From contig OY764216.1 of assembly GCA_963668315.1 (NCBI GenBank), forward strand, positions 1,376,001 to 1,440,000: a stretch of 64,000 nucleotides of DNA, given 5' to 3'. This stretch comes from Spirochaetia bacterium. Lineage in GTDB: Bacteria > Spirochaetota > Spirochaetia > DSM-2461. The notes under the pieces were generated by a model that was not told where the DNA came from, made no database searches, and saw only the letters and a program-made list of their open reading frames with translations. The translations under genes were made by a program, and so were the position numbers. Below, one piece after another: positions 9,717-22,268 of this stretch; the first letter of the stretch is position 1; each line of letters begins with the position of its first letter.

Positions 9717-10783
9717 GGAGCCCAGCACTGGGTCTCGGTCCTGACGGGCCGGTTTTCCCTGACCGCTTTATCGATCATGAGTCCCAGGTAATGATCCTGG
9801 GACGCTTCCGCCAGGGAGTAGAAGGATTCTCCCCTCTCGATAAATTCCGTCATTTTGTCCAGGAGAGTGATAATGGCAATATCTTCATCGGAGAGGCTCA
9901 CCGGATAGGGGTTCCTGTAGATCCATTCGCTTCCGCCCAGAATCCCCTTCAGGTAATAGCCCTCCACATTTTCGTACTCCCCGGCCCGGCGGCGTACCAG
10001 GCTGAACTCGATAGGCGTCAGGTGATCTTTGAGATAAAGAACATGGTCGTCATTAATCTCTCCCCTTTCCCCCCTGATGAGAAAGCGGGACGAGCGGATC
10101 CAGGAGCGGTGCTGGTTCGTCTCGAAATCGTAGAGGCCCTTTTTCTCCCCGAAGGTGAGAACCGCCAGAGTATGGTCTGTGGCAATGACCTTTTCTTCCT
10201 TCGGCGGACCGCCCCGTCCGGGGCCTTCTAAAACGGGAATATCCGTACGGTGCGCCCGGATCTCCCCGTTCTCAAATCCGATTCCCAGGGCTCGCCGGAT
10301 AAGGCTGATGCCGTGGTAGCCGTGGCTTATGGATATATGGGCGTAACGGGCCGTTCCCAGAAGTCCGGAGCCGGCCAGAGAGAGGCGCGCCCGGTTCATG
10401 GGGTACAGGTGATACTGTTCGGCAATCTGTATGGGATAGCCCGGGGGGAGGGCGCTGTTCAGTTCTATGAGATCCTCCAGCCCGTCTGCGGGAGGCGTTT
10501 CCGCCAGGATGGGAAGTCCCAGGGCGGCCGTTTCTGCGATGACTTCATGGCCATGGCTTTTCGCTACGGCGATGATGACAAAATCGGGCCTGTCTTCGGA
10601 GACAAGTTTTTCCAGATCCGGATAGGCGGGGACATTCCATGCCTTACTGATGCGCTCCCTGTTTTCTCCGCTTCTAGAAACCACCCCGGCCACACGGTAT
10701 TTCCCCGGGAACTGGTTCAGTATCCTCAGGAAAATCCCCGCTCTCCATCCGCTTCCTATTACGGCAACCGATCGTTTTTTCAT
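9713..10783 (-). CDS. Gfo/Idh/MocA family oxidoreductase
   Basis: VAVIGSGWR Rossmann motif; ILAETPP in place of the EKP motif. Confidence 0.8.
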   Translation of the reverse strand: MKKRSVAVIGSGWRAGIFLRILNQFPGKYRVAGVVSRSGENRERISKAWNVPAYPDLEKLVSEDRPDFVIIAVAKSHGHEVIAETAALGLPILAETPPADGLEDLIELNSALPPGYPIQIAEQYHLYPMNRARLSLAGSGLLGTARYAHISISHGYHGISLIRRALGIGFENGEIRAHRTDIPVLEGPGRGGPPKEEKVIATDHTLAVLTFGEKKGLYDFETNQHRSWIRSSRFLIRGERGEINDDHVLYLKDHLTPIEFSLVRRRAGEYENVEGYYLKGILGGSEWIYRNPYPVSLSDEDIAIITLLDKMTEFIERGESFYSLAEASQDHYLGLMIDKAVRENRPVRTETQCWAP

Positions 10784-10827
10784 CTATTCCCCCTTCCTGG
10801 AGCCCGCCTTCTACCGGCGGGCAGACC

Positions 10828-13800
10828 TCACGTCAACTGATCGAGAATTTCGAGGGCTTCCCCGAATTCATATCGTTCGACTTTTTTTACGAATTTTTTA
10901 AAGAGAGGACTGCCTGAGAGATGACCGGCGGAGGGGAGGAGATCACCCAGAAAATCTACCGCCTCCGTATCGTATTCGGTGAGAAAGGCCCTCATTACGG
11001 TCAATTTCTCCGGGAATGTCCCATCCGGTATGGTTTCCGGATTTGGTTCCCCCTTCTCCTCCGCCCGGTAATTTTCCAGCTCCCCGAGAAATGGCCCGAG
11101 GCTCTCTTTGAGGGATGAGAACGCTTCCTCGAGGGCCCCCTCTTCTCCGTTCCGACGGAGCGCCCCTTCCAGGGCCTCGGCCTTCTCCGCTATCACTCCG
11201 GCTCCGATATTGCCCGCCGACCCCTTGAGCGAATGGGCCCAACGGGCGGCGGCTCCCTCGTCGCTATCTTCACGGGTCTTGAGAAAATCCTCCTCAAAGG
11301 AGCCGTAATTCTCGAGAAACTTCCCCAGAAGCTTGTGATAGAGGAGAACATTGCCGTCGAGGAAGATCAGGCCCTCCTCATAATTCAAGCCGGCGATATG
11401 CGGCGGTTCTATCTCCGCGGGGAGAGGCGCCGGCTGTGAAGACAAGGGAAGGACGGACGTCCCCTCGTCTTCAATCCATCTGTTAAGGGTCTTATACAGC
11501 TCCCTCGGATTAATCGGTTTGCCCAGATGATCGTTCATGCCGGCTTCCAGGGATTTCTCCTTATCCCCGGAGAGGACATTGGCTGTCATGGCGATAATCG
11601 GAAGGTTTTCAAAACGCTCAAGCTCACGGATCTTGGCTGTGGCTTCATAGCCGTCCATAAGGGGGAGCTGGCAGTCCATGAGAACCGCATCATAGTTTCC
11701 GGCGTAGATCATATCCACGGCTTCCTGCCCGTCCTCCGCCAGATCGACCGCCATGCCCGCCTGGGTAAGCAGCTCGCGGGCTACTTCCTGATTTATCTCG
11801 TTATCCTCCACGAGGAGAATTTTTCTTCCCGCGAGACGGGTCTTTATCTGGGCCACTTCATTTTTCAGGGATATATCCCTTTTGGGACGCATCTCCGCAA
11901 TTCCCAGGGCGTCCTGAATAGCGTTGAGCAGGGTCGACGGCATCACCGGTTTTGCCAGTACGCCGACAACAAGAGGGCTCGCTGCGGATTCGGAAAGCAG
12001 CTCCTCCCTGGCATAGGCCGTCATGAGTATAACCCGGGGAGGATTCGGCAGATCCGCTTCTATTTTGCGGGCCAGGGCAGGTCCTTCCTGCTGCGGCATA
12101 TTTCCGTCCATCAGGACAAAATCCCAGCCGCCGTCCGGGGGAGACAACAGCTTCTCCCAACCCTCATCCGCCGTCTCCGCTGTGTCCGTGGTAAAGCCGA
12201 AGCAGGCCAGCATCTGCCGATAGATCTCCCGGGCCGTACTGTTGTCATCTATCACCAGAATCTTCAGAGAATCCAGCTCACCGCATGACGCGAGCAGCGT
12301 CTCCCCCTGCTCCTGCCTCTCCAGGTCGACCGTGAAATGGAACGTGCTCCCCCGGCCGATCTGGCTGTCGATCCAAATTTCCCCGCCCATCAGGGCCGTC
12401 AGCCTTTTCGAGATAGCCAGCCCCAGGCCGGTTCCCCCGTATTTTCTTGTGGTGGAGCTGTCCGCCTGGGTAAAATCCTGGAATAGCTTTTTCTGCTGCT
12501 CGGCCGAAATTCCTATACCCGTATCCTTCACCCAGAAATGGTAGGGGTGCTCTCCTCCCAGCCCTTGGCCTTCCGTCCGGACACCGATCACGATGTCCCC
12601 TTCGTCGGTAAATTTCACCGCATTGTTCGCCAGATTCGTGAGTATCTGCTGGAGCCTGACCGGATCTCCTATGACGGCCGAGGGGGTATCCGGAGAGATA
12701 TCGAATATCAGTTCCAGCTCCGATTCGTCCAGGGAGTATCCCAATACGCCGTTCAGGTTATCGAATATGTCCTCCAGGAGGAAGCGCGTGTGCTCCAGCT
12801 CGATCCTGTCCGCTTCGATTTTGGAATAATCCAGTATGTCGTTCAGTATGGCCAGAAGATTTTCCGCCGCCCGGTGGGCTTTGGAGATGTAGCGCATCTG
12901 TTTGTCGTCCAGCCCGGACTCCATGGCCAGATGGGACAGGCCGATAATCGCATTCATGGGCGTTCGTATCTCATGGGACATGTTGGCGAGGAAATCCGAT
13001 TTAATACGGGTCGCCTCTTCGGCCGTCTCTTTGGCCACGGCCAGTTCCCTTTCCACCGCTTTCTGAGTGCTGATGTCCACATGCCAGCCGAGCCGGGTAC
13101 TCTGGCCGTCATACTCATAGGGATAGAGGGAGAGGAGGATATCCTTTTTTCCCGAGTTACTGTTGAGTTGGACCTCGTAGTTGGAAAGAAAGCCCTCTTT
13201 TATGAATTGGCTCTGAAGTTGTTCAAAATCCTCCCGGTCGTAGGGCTGAGAGGGGGGGCCTCCCTTTTCCATTCCCATCTTTTTCAGGGCTTCGTTCATA
13301 TAGATGATGATTCCCGCAGAAGAGGTAATACCCACGCCGATAGGACTCGTCTCCAGCATCTCCGCCAGTCTTTCCTTCTCCCGCTCAATGGTTTCCTGGG
13401 CCAGCAGTTCTTCCGTTATGTCCCTCATCACGGCGACATAGTGCCTGCTGCCGTTGAGATAGGTTTCGTTGACGGCGATCTCCATGGAAAAGGGAATCTC
13501 CCCCTTTCTCAAGGCCGTAACACGGTGCCGGTTCCCCAGAATCTTCCGTTCCGCTTCGAGCTTCTTGTCCTTCAGCGCCTCGGCTATGTTCCCCCTGTAG
13601 GGCTCGGCGAGAAGCTCCCCCATCGGGTGGTCCATAATCTCCGCCGCATCATAGCCGAAAAGTTCTTCCGCCACATTGCTGAAGAATGTAATGTTCCCGT
13701 CACTGTCCAGAACGATGATCCCGTTCATCACCGTATCGATGATCGTGGAGAGGCGCAGCGTCCGATCCCTGACTTTCGCTTCCAGATCCTCCTTCGCCTT

Positions 13801-15179
13801 CTCAAGAGCGGTACGGGCCTTGGCAATCTCGGTGATATCCGTCAGAGTTTCCATAAGATAGGTTTTGCCATTCCGGTCTATATGGCTGATGAATTTGGCT
13901 ACGGGGACTTCCCGTCCGGACTTGGTAATCAGGGTCTGCTGGATAATCCTGGGTTTGTCCCCGGGAGAGAGTTCCCGGCACTGTTTGTTGCAGAAGGAGC
14001 ATGTAAGCCCGTCGCAGGGCTGGCCGATCACCTCCTCCCTGGTACGTTCGATAAGTTCCAGGGCGTGGCTGTTTATTTCGACGATTCTCTCCGTATCGGG
14101 GTCAATCAGAAATATTCCCGTGGGAACCGAATTGATCAGCTTGGAAAGAAAGCTTTCACTCTCCTCCAAATCCTGCCTTGAGGCCTTAAGGGTTTCCAGG
14201 AGAATATTTATATTCCCGCCCAGTTCGCTTATTTCGTCTTTGCCCCCGATCGTGATTCTCTTCAGGGAATTATTGTTTTTAATCCAGTTGACCTGGGTGG
14301 ACAGGTATTCAATGCGGTTGACGATTATCTTCAGAAGAAAAATGAAAGCTCCCCCTCCGAACAACAGAGTCAGGAGGAGGAGAACCATGTAGAAATACCG
14401 GAAATTACGGAGGTGGGTATGGTAGTCTGTCCGGTCCTGAAACACCTGGAGCTTCAGTGTTTTTTGGCCCAGGATATCCTGCAGCCACACTTCTCCCACC
14501 CCCCGTGAGGCGCTTTCCTCGAAAATCCTTATTCCCTCAAAGGGATCGGAGCCGGGCAGGGACGATTCCAGATTAAAGGTAAAGCCGGACAAGTGAGAGT
14601 AGGAACTTATTATTTCCGGGGTGACCCGGCTGATGAATACCATCCATCCGGGGGAAGCGCCTTCTCCCGAATTGTCATACACGGGACGCTTGACGGCAAG
14701 AAGAAGCTCTCCGGGAGAGATTGTGAAATACCCCCCCCGGGACTCATCACTGCCTCCGATAGGGGGCATCTCACCGGTTATGAAGGACAGAATATGGCTC
14801 AACAGATCCGGATCATCCGCCCCTTCCTCATTCAGAGCCTGTCCATACAGCAGCTCCCCCCCGTTGTCCAGAAACGCCAGTGCCGCCAGATTGAGCCAGG
14901 AAAAATAATTGATGTCCAGGTTCTCATCGATATACTTCTGATTTAAATCCTCTGTGAACCGGTACGTATCATTCCAGGAGGAGTAGTCATTCAGCGTTGT
15001 GTTAAGTTGCTGCGCCACATAATCCAAGATCCCGACGGCCCGGCCCACGTCGCTTATGAGAGCGTCATCCATGGTCCTCTGGATCCCTTTTTCGATGATC
15101 ATATAGCCGAAGGAGACAATGGAGAGGCAGAAGACAGCGATAGCGAAGGCAAAGGAGCTGAAGTAAACCGCTCGGATCT

Positions 15180-15183
<4 letters not shown>
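10828..15183 (-). CDS. Hybrid sensor histidine kinase (CHASE4-like, HAMP, 3 PAS, HisKA, HATPase, 2 REC, Hpt)
   Basis: DYSSWNDTY sensor; [32 protein letters not shown]; two receiver domains; [13 protein letters not shown]. Confidence 0.93.
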
Positions 15184-16223
<1,040 letters not shown>

Positions 16224-16268
16224 AAAAAAAGTATACCGTCAAAGCGGTGATAAAACAATTGGTAAAAT

Positions 16269-18113
16269 TTATATTTTTACAACCTCCCGTCCGAACTGGC
16301 TGTGGTAGAGATCATAGTAGAACCCCTCCTTTGCCATCAGCTCCCGGTGAGTTCCCCGTTCGATAATCTTCCCCCCGTCCATGACAAGAATGGCATCGGC
16401 ATTCTTGATGGTGGAGAGGCGGTGGGCGATAACGAAACTCGTCCGTCCCTCCATCAGCTTGAGCATCCCCTCCTGGATATGAATCTCCGTCCGGGTGTCC
16501 ACGCTGGACGTGGCTTCATCCAGTATCAGGATGGCCGGGTCCGATAGGATCGCCCGGGCTATGGCCAGCAGCTGCCTCTGCCCTTCGGAAAGGTTGGCGC
16601 CGTTTTCGGAAATCTCCGTGTCGTAGCCCCTGGGCATGCGGTGGATGAACTGGTGGGCATTGGCCAGGGTCGCCGCCCGGATGATCTCCTCCTCCGTCGC
16701 GTCCAGCCGGCCGTAGCGGATATTTTCCCGGACGGTTCCGGAGAAGAGGAAGGTCTCCTGCAGCACGATGCCCAGGGCCTTCCGCAGATCGTTCTTGCGG
16801 ATGCGCCGGATATCTGTCCCGTCAAGGAAGATAGAACCCCTGTGGTAATCGTAGAACCGGGTGAGCAGATTGATTATCGTGGTCTTCCCCGCCCCCGTAT
16901 GTCCCACCAGGGCTATCGTCTGGCCCGGTTCGGCATGGATATCGATTCCCCGGATGACGGGTATATCCTCTTTATAACGGAAGTGGAGGTCCTCTATATC
17001 GACTTTTCCCCTGACTTCCCCAAGGCTCCGGGCATCCGGGGCGTCTCCGAACTCCGGCTCTTCATCGAGAATCTGGAAAACCCGTTCCGCCCCGGCTAGG
17101 GCGGACTGGATCGTCGTATAGAGCTGGGCTACCTGGTTGAGGGGCCGGGAAAACTGGCGGGAGTAGTTGAGGAAGGCCGCAATGGTTCCCACCGAAACAA
17201 GGCCGTACAGGGCCAGAACCCCTCCGGCGAAGGCGGTGACGGCATAATTCAGATTATTCATCATATTCATGAGGGGACCCATCAGGCCGGAGGTCACGTT
17301 GGCCCGGTGTGCCGCCTTTTTCATCAGAAGATTCTTTTCCGAAAAGGCCGCCAGAATTTCCTCTTCCCTGGTAAAGGCCTTGACCACCCTGTGTCCGGTG
17401 ATGCTCTCCTCTATGATGCCGTTCAGGGCTCCCAGCTGTTTCTGCTTTTCCCTGAATCCCTTTCTGGTATGGCCGGCGATTTTTTTGGTGGAGAAAATAA
17501 TCAGAGGGATGACGCAGAGGCAGATGAGGGCCAGCTGCCAGTTGATGGTGAGCATGACAATTCCCACCGTTATGATACTCAGCCCGGCGGAGAGGATTTC
17601 CAGAACCCCCGTCGAGAGGGTATTGCTGACATTATCGATATCATTGGTCAGCCGGCTCATCAGTTCACCGGTGGAGCGGGTGTCGAAAAAGCGGATGGTC
17701 AGATCCTGAAACTTCCCGAACACATCGTTCCTCAGATCTTTGATCGCCTTCTGGGAGATCCCTATCATTATCCACTGCTGAACCATCGTAAGCAGTGCGG
17801 CGGCGAGATAGAATATTCCCATAAGTCCCAGGATCCGCACCAGGGCGGGAAGGTTCACTCCTCCCGAAATATACTCGTCCAGAGCAATCTTCATCAGGTA
17901 GGGCCCGGCAATATTGAGAGCCGTGGTGATCAGTACGATCAGTATGACCAGGGTCAAAAGTCGCCTGCTGCGCTTCAGGTACTCCCAGAGGCGGAAGAGG
18001 GTGCCCCTGACATCCTTGGCTTTTTCCTTGGGCTTCATCAAGTGCCCCCGGGGACCGTGCCCGATGGGGACAACCACCGGCTGCGCCGCCTGTATCTTAT
18101 CCGGTGAACTCAT
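16269..18113 (-). CDS. Heterodimeric ABC exporter subunit (TMD+NBD)
   Basis: GHTGAGKT, LSEGQ, ILDE, IAHR; N-terminal TM domain. Confidence 0.92.
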   Translation of the reverse strand: MSSPDKIQAAQPVVVPIGHGPRGHLMKPKEKAKDVRGTLFRLWEYLKRSRRLLTLVILIVLITTALNIAGPYLMKIALDEYISGGVNLPALVRILGLMGIFYLAAALLTMVQQWIMIGISQKAIKDLRNDVFGKFQDLTIRFFDTRSTGELMSRLTNDIDNVSNTLSTGVLEILSAGLSIITVGIVMLTINWQLALICLCVIPLIIFSTKKIAGHTRKGFREKQKQLGALNGIIEESITGHRVVKAFTREEEILAAFSEKNLLMKKAAHRANVTSGLMGPLMNMMNNLNYAVTAFAGGVLALYGLVSVGTIAAFLNYSRQFSRPLNQVAQLYTTIQSALAGAERVFQILDEEPEFGDAPDARSLGEVRGKVDIEDLHFRYKEDIPVIRGIDIHAEPGQTIALVGHTGAGKTTIINLLTRFYDYHRGSIFLDGTDIRRIRKNDLRKALGIVLQETFLFSGTVRENIRYGRLDATEEEIIRAATLANAHQFIHRMPRGYDTEISENGANLSEGQRQLLAIARAILSDPAILILDEATSSVDTRTEIHIQEGMLKLMEGRTSFVIAHRLSTIKNADAILVMDGGKIIERGTHRELMAKEGFYYDLYHSQFGREVVKI

Positions 18114-19849
18114 TATACGGCCTCCTCATCTATCTGTGATTCATAAATCTCCCGGTACAGCCCGTTGGATTCCAGCAATTCCCCGTGCGTCCCCATCCCG
18201 GATATTTTCCCGTCCTCGATCACGATGATGCGGTCCGCATCCATAATGCTGGAGATACGCTGGGCGATAATCAGGACGGTGGACTGGGCCGTCCCCTCCC
18301 GCAGGGCCGAGCGGATGCGTTTTTCCGTGGCCAAATCCACCGCGCTGGTCGCGTCGTCGAGAATGATGACGGGAGCCTCCTTGGCCAGGGCCCGGGCAAT
18401 GGCTATGCGCTGTTTCTGCCCCCCCGAGAGGTTAACGCCCCGCTGGTTCACATCCGTTTCATAGCGCAGGGGGAGTTCTTCAATAAAACCGGCGATATTG
18501 GCTTTGGCGGCGGCCTCCTTCATCAGCTCCTCCTTTTCCGCCTGCTCCGACTTATGGTAGTCATAGAGAATATTCTCCCCTATGGTCCCGGCGAAAAGCA
18601 GTGTCTTCTGGGGAACCATGGCGATCTTTTTCCGCAGTTCCTTCGTGTTAAGCTGGCCGATGTCCTGGCCGTCGAGCAGAATCTCCCCCGAATCGATATC
18701 ATAGAAACGGGGAATCAGCTTGATCAGGCTGGATTTACCCGCTCCCGTGGCGCCGAGAAAGGCGACGGTCTCTCCCGGATTAATGGTAAAGGAAAGGTCC
18801 TTCAGAACCGGATCGCCCCCCTTGTCATAGGAAAAGGTCACGTTTCTGAACTCGATTTTCCCCTTGCCCGATCGGACGGCCTGGGGATCTTCCGGCTCCG
18901 TGATGTCCGGCCGGCTCTGCAGCACCTCCTGAACCCTTTCGGAAGAAGCCTGGGCCCGGGAAAAGCGCATGACCATATGGCTGAACATCATAAGGGAGTG
19001 GAGAAGCTGTCTGAGGTAATTGATAAAGGCGATGAGGGCCCCGATCTTCAGTGCTCCCGTATCAATCAGCCCCGCTCCGAACCACAGGGCCGTAATGATA
19101 CCGCCGTTCAGAAGTATCTGCATGGCCGGATTCATGAGAGACACGGTGCGGTTGGCTCGAACGGTATAATCGTTCAAGTCGTCGTTGGCCCTGCGGAATT
19201 TTTCCGTTTCGTAGTCCTCCCTCACGAAGGCCTTCACCAGCCTCTTTCCCGCCAGGTTCTCCTGAAGCCGGGTATTCAGGCGGTCGAGCTTCTGCTGGAC
19301 ACTGAAGAAGAGGGGATAGGTGCGGGCGATCAGAACGGTCATGATTATCAACAGCAGGGGTATGAAGATGATGAAGATGGCGGAAAGCTGAGTGCTGATG
19401 GCGATGGCCATGATCAGGCTTCCCACAATCTGCAGAGGAGTCCTTACCATCGCCCTGAGAATCATCATGGTCACCTCTTCGAGCTGGGTCACGTCGTTTG
19501 TCAGGCGGATTATCAGATTCCCCGTTTCCAGTTCGTCCAGGTTCTTATGGGAGAGGGAGAGCACTTTCGTGAAAAGATCCCTCCGCAGGTCCGCTCCCAC
19601 CCCGGTGGAGGCACGGCTTGCCAGGTAGGAGCAGCCCGATCCTCCCGCAAAGGCGATGAGGGAGTAGAGGATCATGCGTATCCCCATCTGAAAAACCAGG
19701 GAGAGATTCCCCGACGCGATTCCCCGATCCACAATCTGGGCCATGGTCGCCGGCAGCATGAGATCCATCAGAACTTCCACCATCATCATAAGGGGAGCCG
19801 ACAAGGCGAATAGCCAGTATTTTTTCAGGTAGCGGAAAATCGTCTTCAT
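18113..19849 (-). CDS. Heterodimeric ABC exporter subunit (TMD+NBD, degenerate Walker B and H-switch)
   Basis: GATGAGKS, LSGGQ, ILDD, IAQR (TM287/288-like asymmetry). Confidence 0.92.
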   Translation of the reverse strand: MKTIFRYLKKYWLFALSAPLMMMVEVLMDLMLPATMAQIVDRGIASGNLSLVFQMGIRMILYSLIAFAGGSGCSYLASRASTGVGADLRRDLFTKVLSLSHKNLDELETGNLIIRLTNDVTQLEEVTMMILRAMVRTPLQIVGSLIMAIAISTQLSAIFIIFIPLLLIIMTVLIARTYPLFFSVQQKLDRLNTRLQENLAGKRLVKAFVREDYETEKFRRANDDLNDYTVRANRTVSLMNPAMQILLNGGIITALWFGAGLIDTGALKIGALIAFINYLRQLLHSLMMFSHMVMRFSRAQASSERVQEVLQSRPDITEPEDPQAVRSGKGKIEFRNVTFSYDKGGDPVLKDLSFTINPGETVAFLGATGAGKSSLIKLIPRFYDIDSGEILLDGQDIGQLNTKELRKKIAMVPQKTLLFAGTIGENILYDYHKSEQAEKEELMKEAAAKANIAGFIEELPLRYETDVNQRGVNLSGGQKQRIAIARALAKEAPVIILDDATSAVDLATEKRIRSALREGTAQSTVLIIAQRISSIMDADRIIVIEDGKISGMGTHGELLESNGLYREIYESQIDEEAV

Positions 19850-20289
19850 CTCTTTTCTTCCCTCTCTTCCAGAGCCAGGCTCATCTGTTCCTGCACTTTG
19901 AGAAGAAGCTTTCTGAAAATTTCCTGCTCCTCCTCCGTCATGGAGTGAAATATCCGTTCGTCCGTACGGGAGAAAAGGTCCCGTATCTGCAAATGTACGG
20001 CTTTGCCCTCTTCGGTGAGGGAAATAAGGGTCTGCCGCTGATTGTTCTCATCAATATGGCGGACTACCAGTCCTTTCTTTTCCAGAGACTGGACCATGCG
20101 GGTGAGAGTGGAGGGGGAGATATTCATTTTTTTGGCCAGGCTGGTCTGATTAATGGGCTCCCTCTCATCGTGAAGCACAAAGAAAAGGCGCGGCTGTCCA
20201 CGATAGATACCGAAGGATTCGAATATCATATGGTGGAACCGGTGGTGCAGCCTGGCCGTATCGGAGAAAACTATCCCTAAGGGTTTCAT
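19846..20289 (-). CDS. MarR family regulator
   Basis: QTSLAKKMNISPSTLTRMVQSLEKKGLVVR..LTEEG. Confidence 0.92.
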   Translation of the reverse strand: MKPLGIVFSDTARLHHRFHHMIFESFGIYRGQPRLFFVLHDEREPINQTSLAKKMNISPSTLTRMVQSLEKKGLVVRHIDENNQRQTLISLTEEGKAVHLQIRDLFSRTDERIFHSMTEEEQEIFRKLLLKVQEQMSLALEEREEKR

Positions 20290-20310
20290 GAAACCTCCCT
20301 GAAAAAATAG

Positions 20311-20382
20311 GTTGCTATGCGAAAGATTGGCATAACAACAGTTCGTATGCGAAATAATAGCATCCCGCTAAAAGAGAGTCAA
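20311..20382 (-). promoter_or_regulatory. Sigma70 promoter and putative MarR operators
   Basis: Minus TTGACT-17-TATTAT; downstream repeated GTTnnTATGCGAAA, near-palindrome TTCGTATGCGAA and inverted GTTG.TATGC/GCATA.CAAC. Confidence 0.65.
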
Positions 20383-20478
20383 GAAATAAAGAGAGCCTCT
20401 TTTTCGTAATTTTCCCTGCGGGCTCATGGAAATTCCCAATCAAGTGATTTACATTAGAATTATTCACAGGAGTCAAAA

Positions 20479-20976
20479 ATGAAAAAGATATTGATTATTT
20501 TTCTCGCCGCAGCTCTGGCGGCAGCCCCCGTTTTCGCCGCAGGACCGACCGAACAGGAAGTGGGCGATACCCTGGCCGGGGTTATGATGGTTTATGCCCT
20601 TGTTGTAATGGGCTCCATGTTCGGAGCCATGCCCGAAGGGGCCGACGTGGACCTGGATATGCAGACGGGAGAATCCTCCCTGATATGTGATGACCTTGAT
20701 GTGGAGCCTCTCATGTCTTCCCAGGCCGCCATGGGAATGACCGCCTCCATGAACGGCGATGATGATGTTCCCGAAATTCTCTTTTCCCGTATATCCGGTG
20801 AGATCTCCGCCAGCGGGGAAGGGAATATGCTCCTGGATGTCACTCTCAAAGGAGGTCCCGTCAAAAATCTCGTACTGGAAATGGAAGAAGAGACCATAAC
20901 GAAGTTCAAAGCCGATGGCAAGGACTACCTTTATCTGACCCATGATCCCGCATTTATGGAAATGATTGAAGAATAG
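20479..20976 (+). CDS. Hypothetical exported protein
   Basis: AGGAG RBS; signal peptide MKKILIIFLAAALAAAPVFA; acidic mature part. Confidence 0.75.
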   Translation: MKKILIIFLAAALAAAPVFAAGPTEQEVGDTLAGVMMVYALVVMGSMFGAMPEGADVDLDMQTGESSLICDDLDVEPLMSSQAAMGMTASMNGDDDVPEILFSRISGEISASGEGNMLLDVTLKGGPVKNLVLEMEEETITKFKADGKDYLYLTHDPAFMEMIEE

Positions 20977-20980
20977 AACT

Positions 20981-22036
20981 ATGAAATCATTATATGCTCT
21001 CGGCTCATACACCGACCGTCCGGGATTAAAAATGCCCGGGAAAGGAATATCACTGCTTGAACTGGACGAGGCGAAGGGTTCCCTAAGGGAAATCCACAGC
21101 TTCACCGGGGTTAAAAATCCGTCTTATCTCTGTTTTGACAGAAGGGAAAAGCTTTTGCTGGCCGCGACGGAAAATGATGAAAACAGAGGGGCCGTTACCA
21201 GTTTCCGCCTGTCCGGAAACCGGGCTCTTTCCCGGCTTTCCTTTATCGATGGGCCAGGGCGGGCGAACTGTCATGTTAATATGGACAGCACCTGCCGCCT
21301 TGTTTTCGCCGCTTCCTACGGGGAAGGGCGTCTGAAGGTCTACTCCCTGGAAGGGGGAAGGCTGATTGAGAATATTCTCGACCATAACTACGAAGGAAAG
21401 GGCCCCAACGAAGAGAGGCAGGAGCACTCCCATGCCCATCAGGCGGTTCTTTCCCCCGATGAGCGGTGGCTTTACGTGGCCGATCTGGGGAGCGACTGCC
21501 TCTGGATACACGATATGGATGACTTGAGTGCTCCTCCCCGGTCCGTTAAGACCCCCCCCGGGAAAGGTCCGAGGCACATGGTGTTCCACCGGGAGAGCCA
21601 AAGACTCTATGTTGTATGCGAGCTCATCCCCGCGCTGCTGGTTTTTGACTGGGACAGCCGGACGGGGAATCTGTCCCTCATCCAGGACGCGGCAACCGTC
21701 GAAGACGGTGACAATCCAAAGGCTCAGCCGTCGGCTGTCAAAATTCATCCTTCCGGAAAAACCGTAACCCTGGCGAACCGCTTCACTGACACGGTCACCG
21801 TTTTTGATATCAACGGGGAGAGCGGTCTTGTCGAGAACAGACTGATTTTTCCCGGACGGGGACTCATATGCCGGGACCTGGAGTTTTCTCCATCCGGGAA
21901 GTGGCTTCTCATGGCATACCAGGAGTCCTGCGATATACAGCTCTGCCCCTTTGATCAGGAAACGGGCCGCCCCGTCGTCGGCTGGGGAGAAGCCTTTGAG
22001 ACAGGAACGCCGACCTGTCTTGTCCCTCTGGACTGA
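20981..22036 (+). CDS. Lactonase family protein (6-phosphogluconolactonase-like beta-propeller)
   Basis: GSYT, NPSY, ASYGEG, HAHQ, DLGSD, GPRH, ANR. Confidence 0.88.
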   Translation: MKSLYALGSYTDRPGLKMPGKGISLLELDEAKGSLREIHSFTGVKNPSYLCFDRREKLLLAATENDENRGAVTSFRLSGNRALSRLSFIDGPGRANCHVNMDSTCRLVFAASYGEGRLKVYSLEGGRLIENILDHNYEGKGPNEERQEHSHAHQAVLSPDERWLYVADLGSDCLWIHDMDDLSAPPRSVKTPPGKGPRHMVFHRESQRLYVVCELIPALLVFDWDSRTGNLSLIQDAATVEDGDNPKAQPSAVKIHPSGKTVTLANRFTDTVTVFDINGESGLVENRLIFPGRGLICRDLEFSPSGKWLLMAYQESCDIQLCPFDQETGRPVVGWGEAFETGTPTCLVPLD

Positions 22037-22268
22037 TCTATATTCCCCCGTCAGAGGCGGGGGCCGTTCCTACATTTCGGGAAAGTAAAAAAAAGAAGAT
22101 TCCTACAAGCGGGAAGCTTTATTGCCTCTAATCGGCTGAAAAGGCTTTGATTCTCCGCTGGTATGCTCTTTGCATAACTATGTTCATATCAAAAAAGGGG
22201 CCGGCAGTTTTCAGCCATTTTCTGTCCGGCCCCTTGCATGGGATACAACATGCCAGAAGGAGTGCAAT

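Noticed and set aside
12538..14181. 547-aa + strand ORF
   Set aside because: Antisense to the histidine kinase; typical stop-poor shadow frame.
18185..19813. 542-aa + strand ORF
   Set aside because: Antisense to the ABC exporter; no recognisable features.
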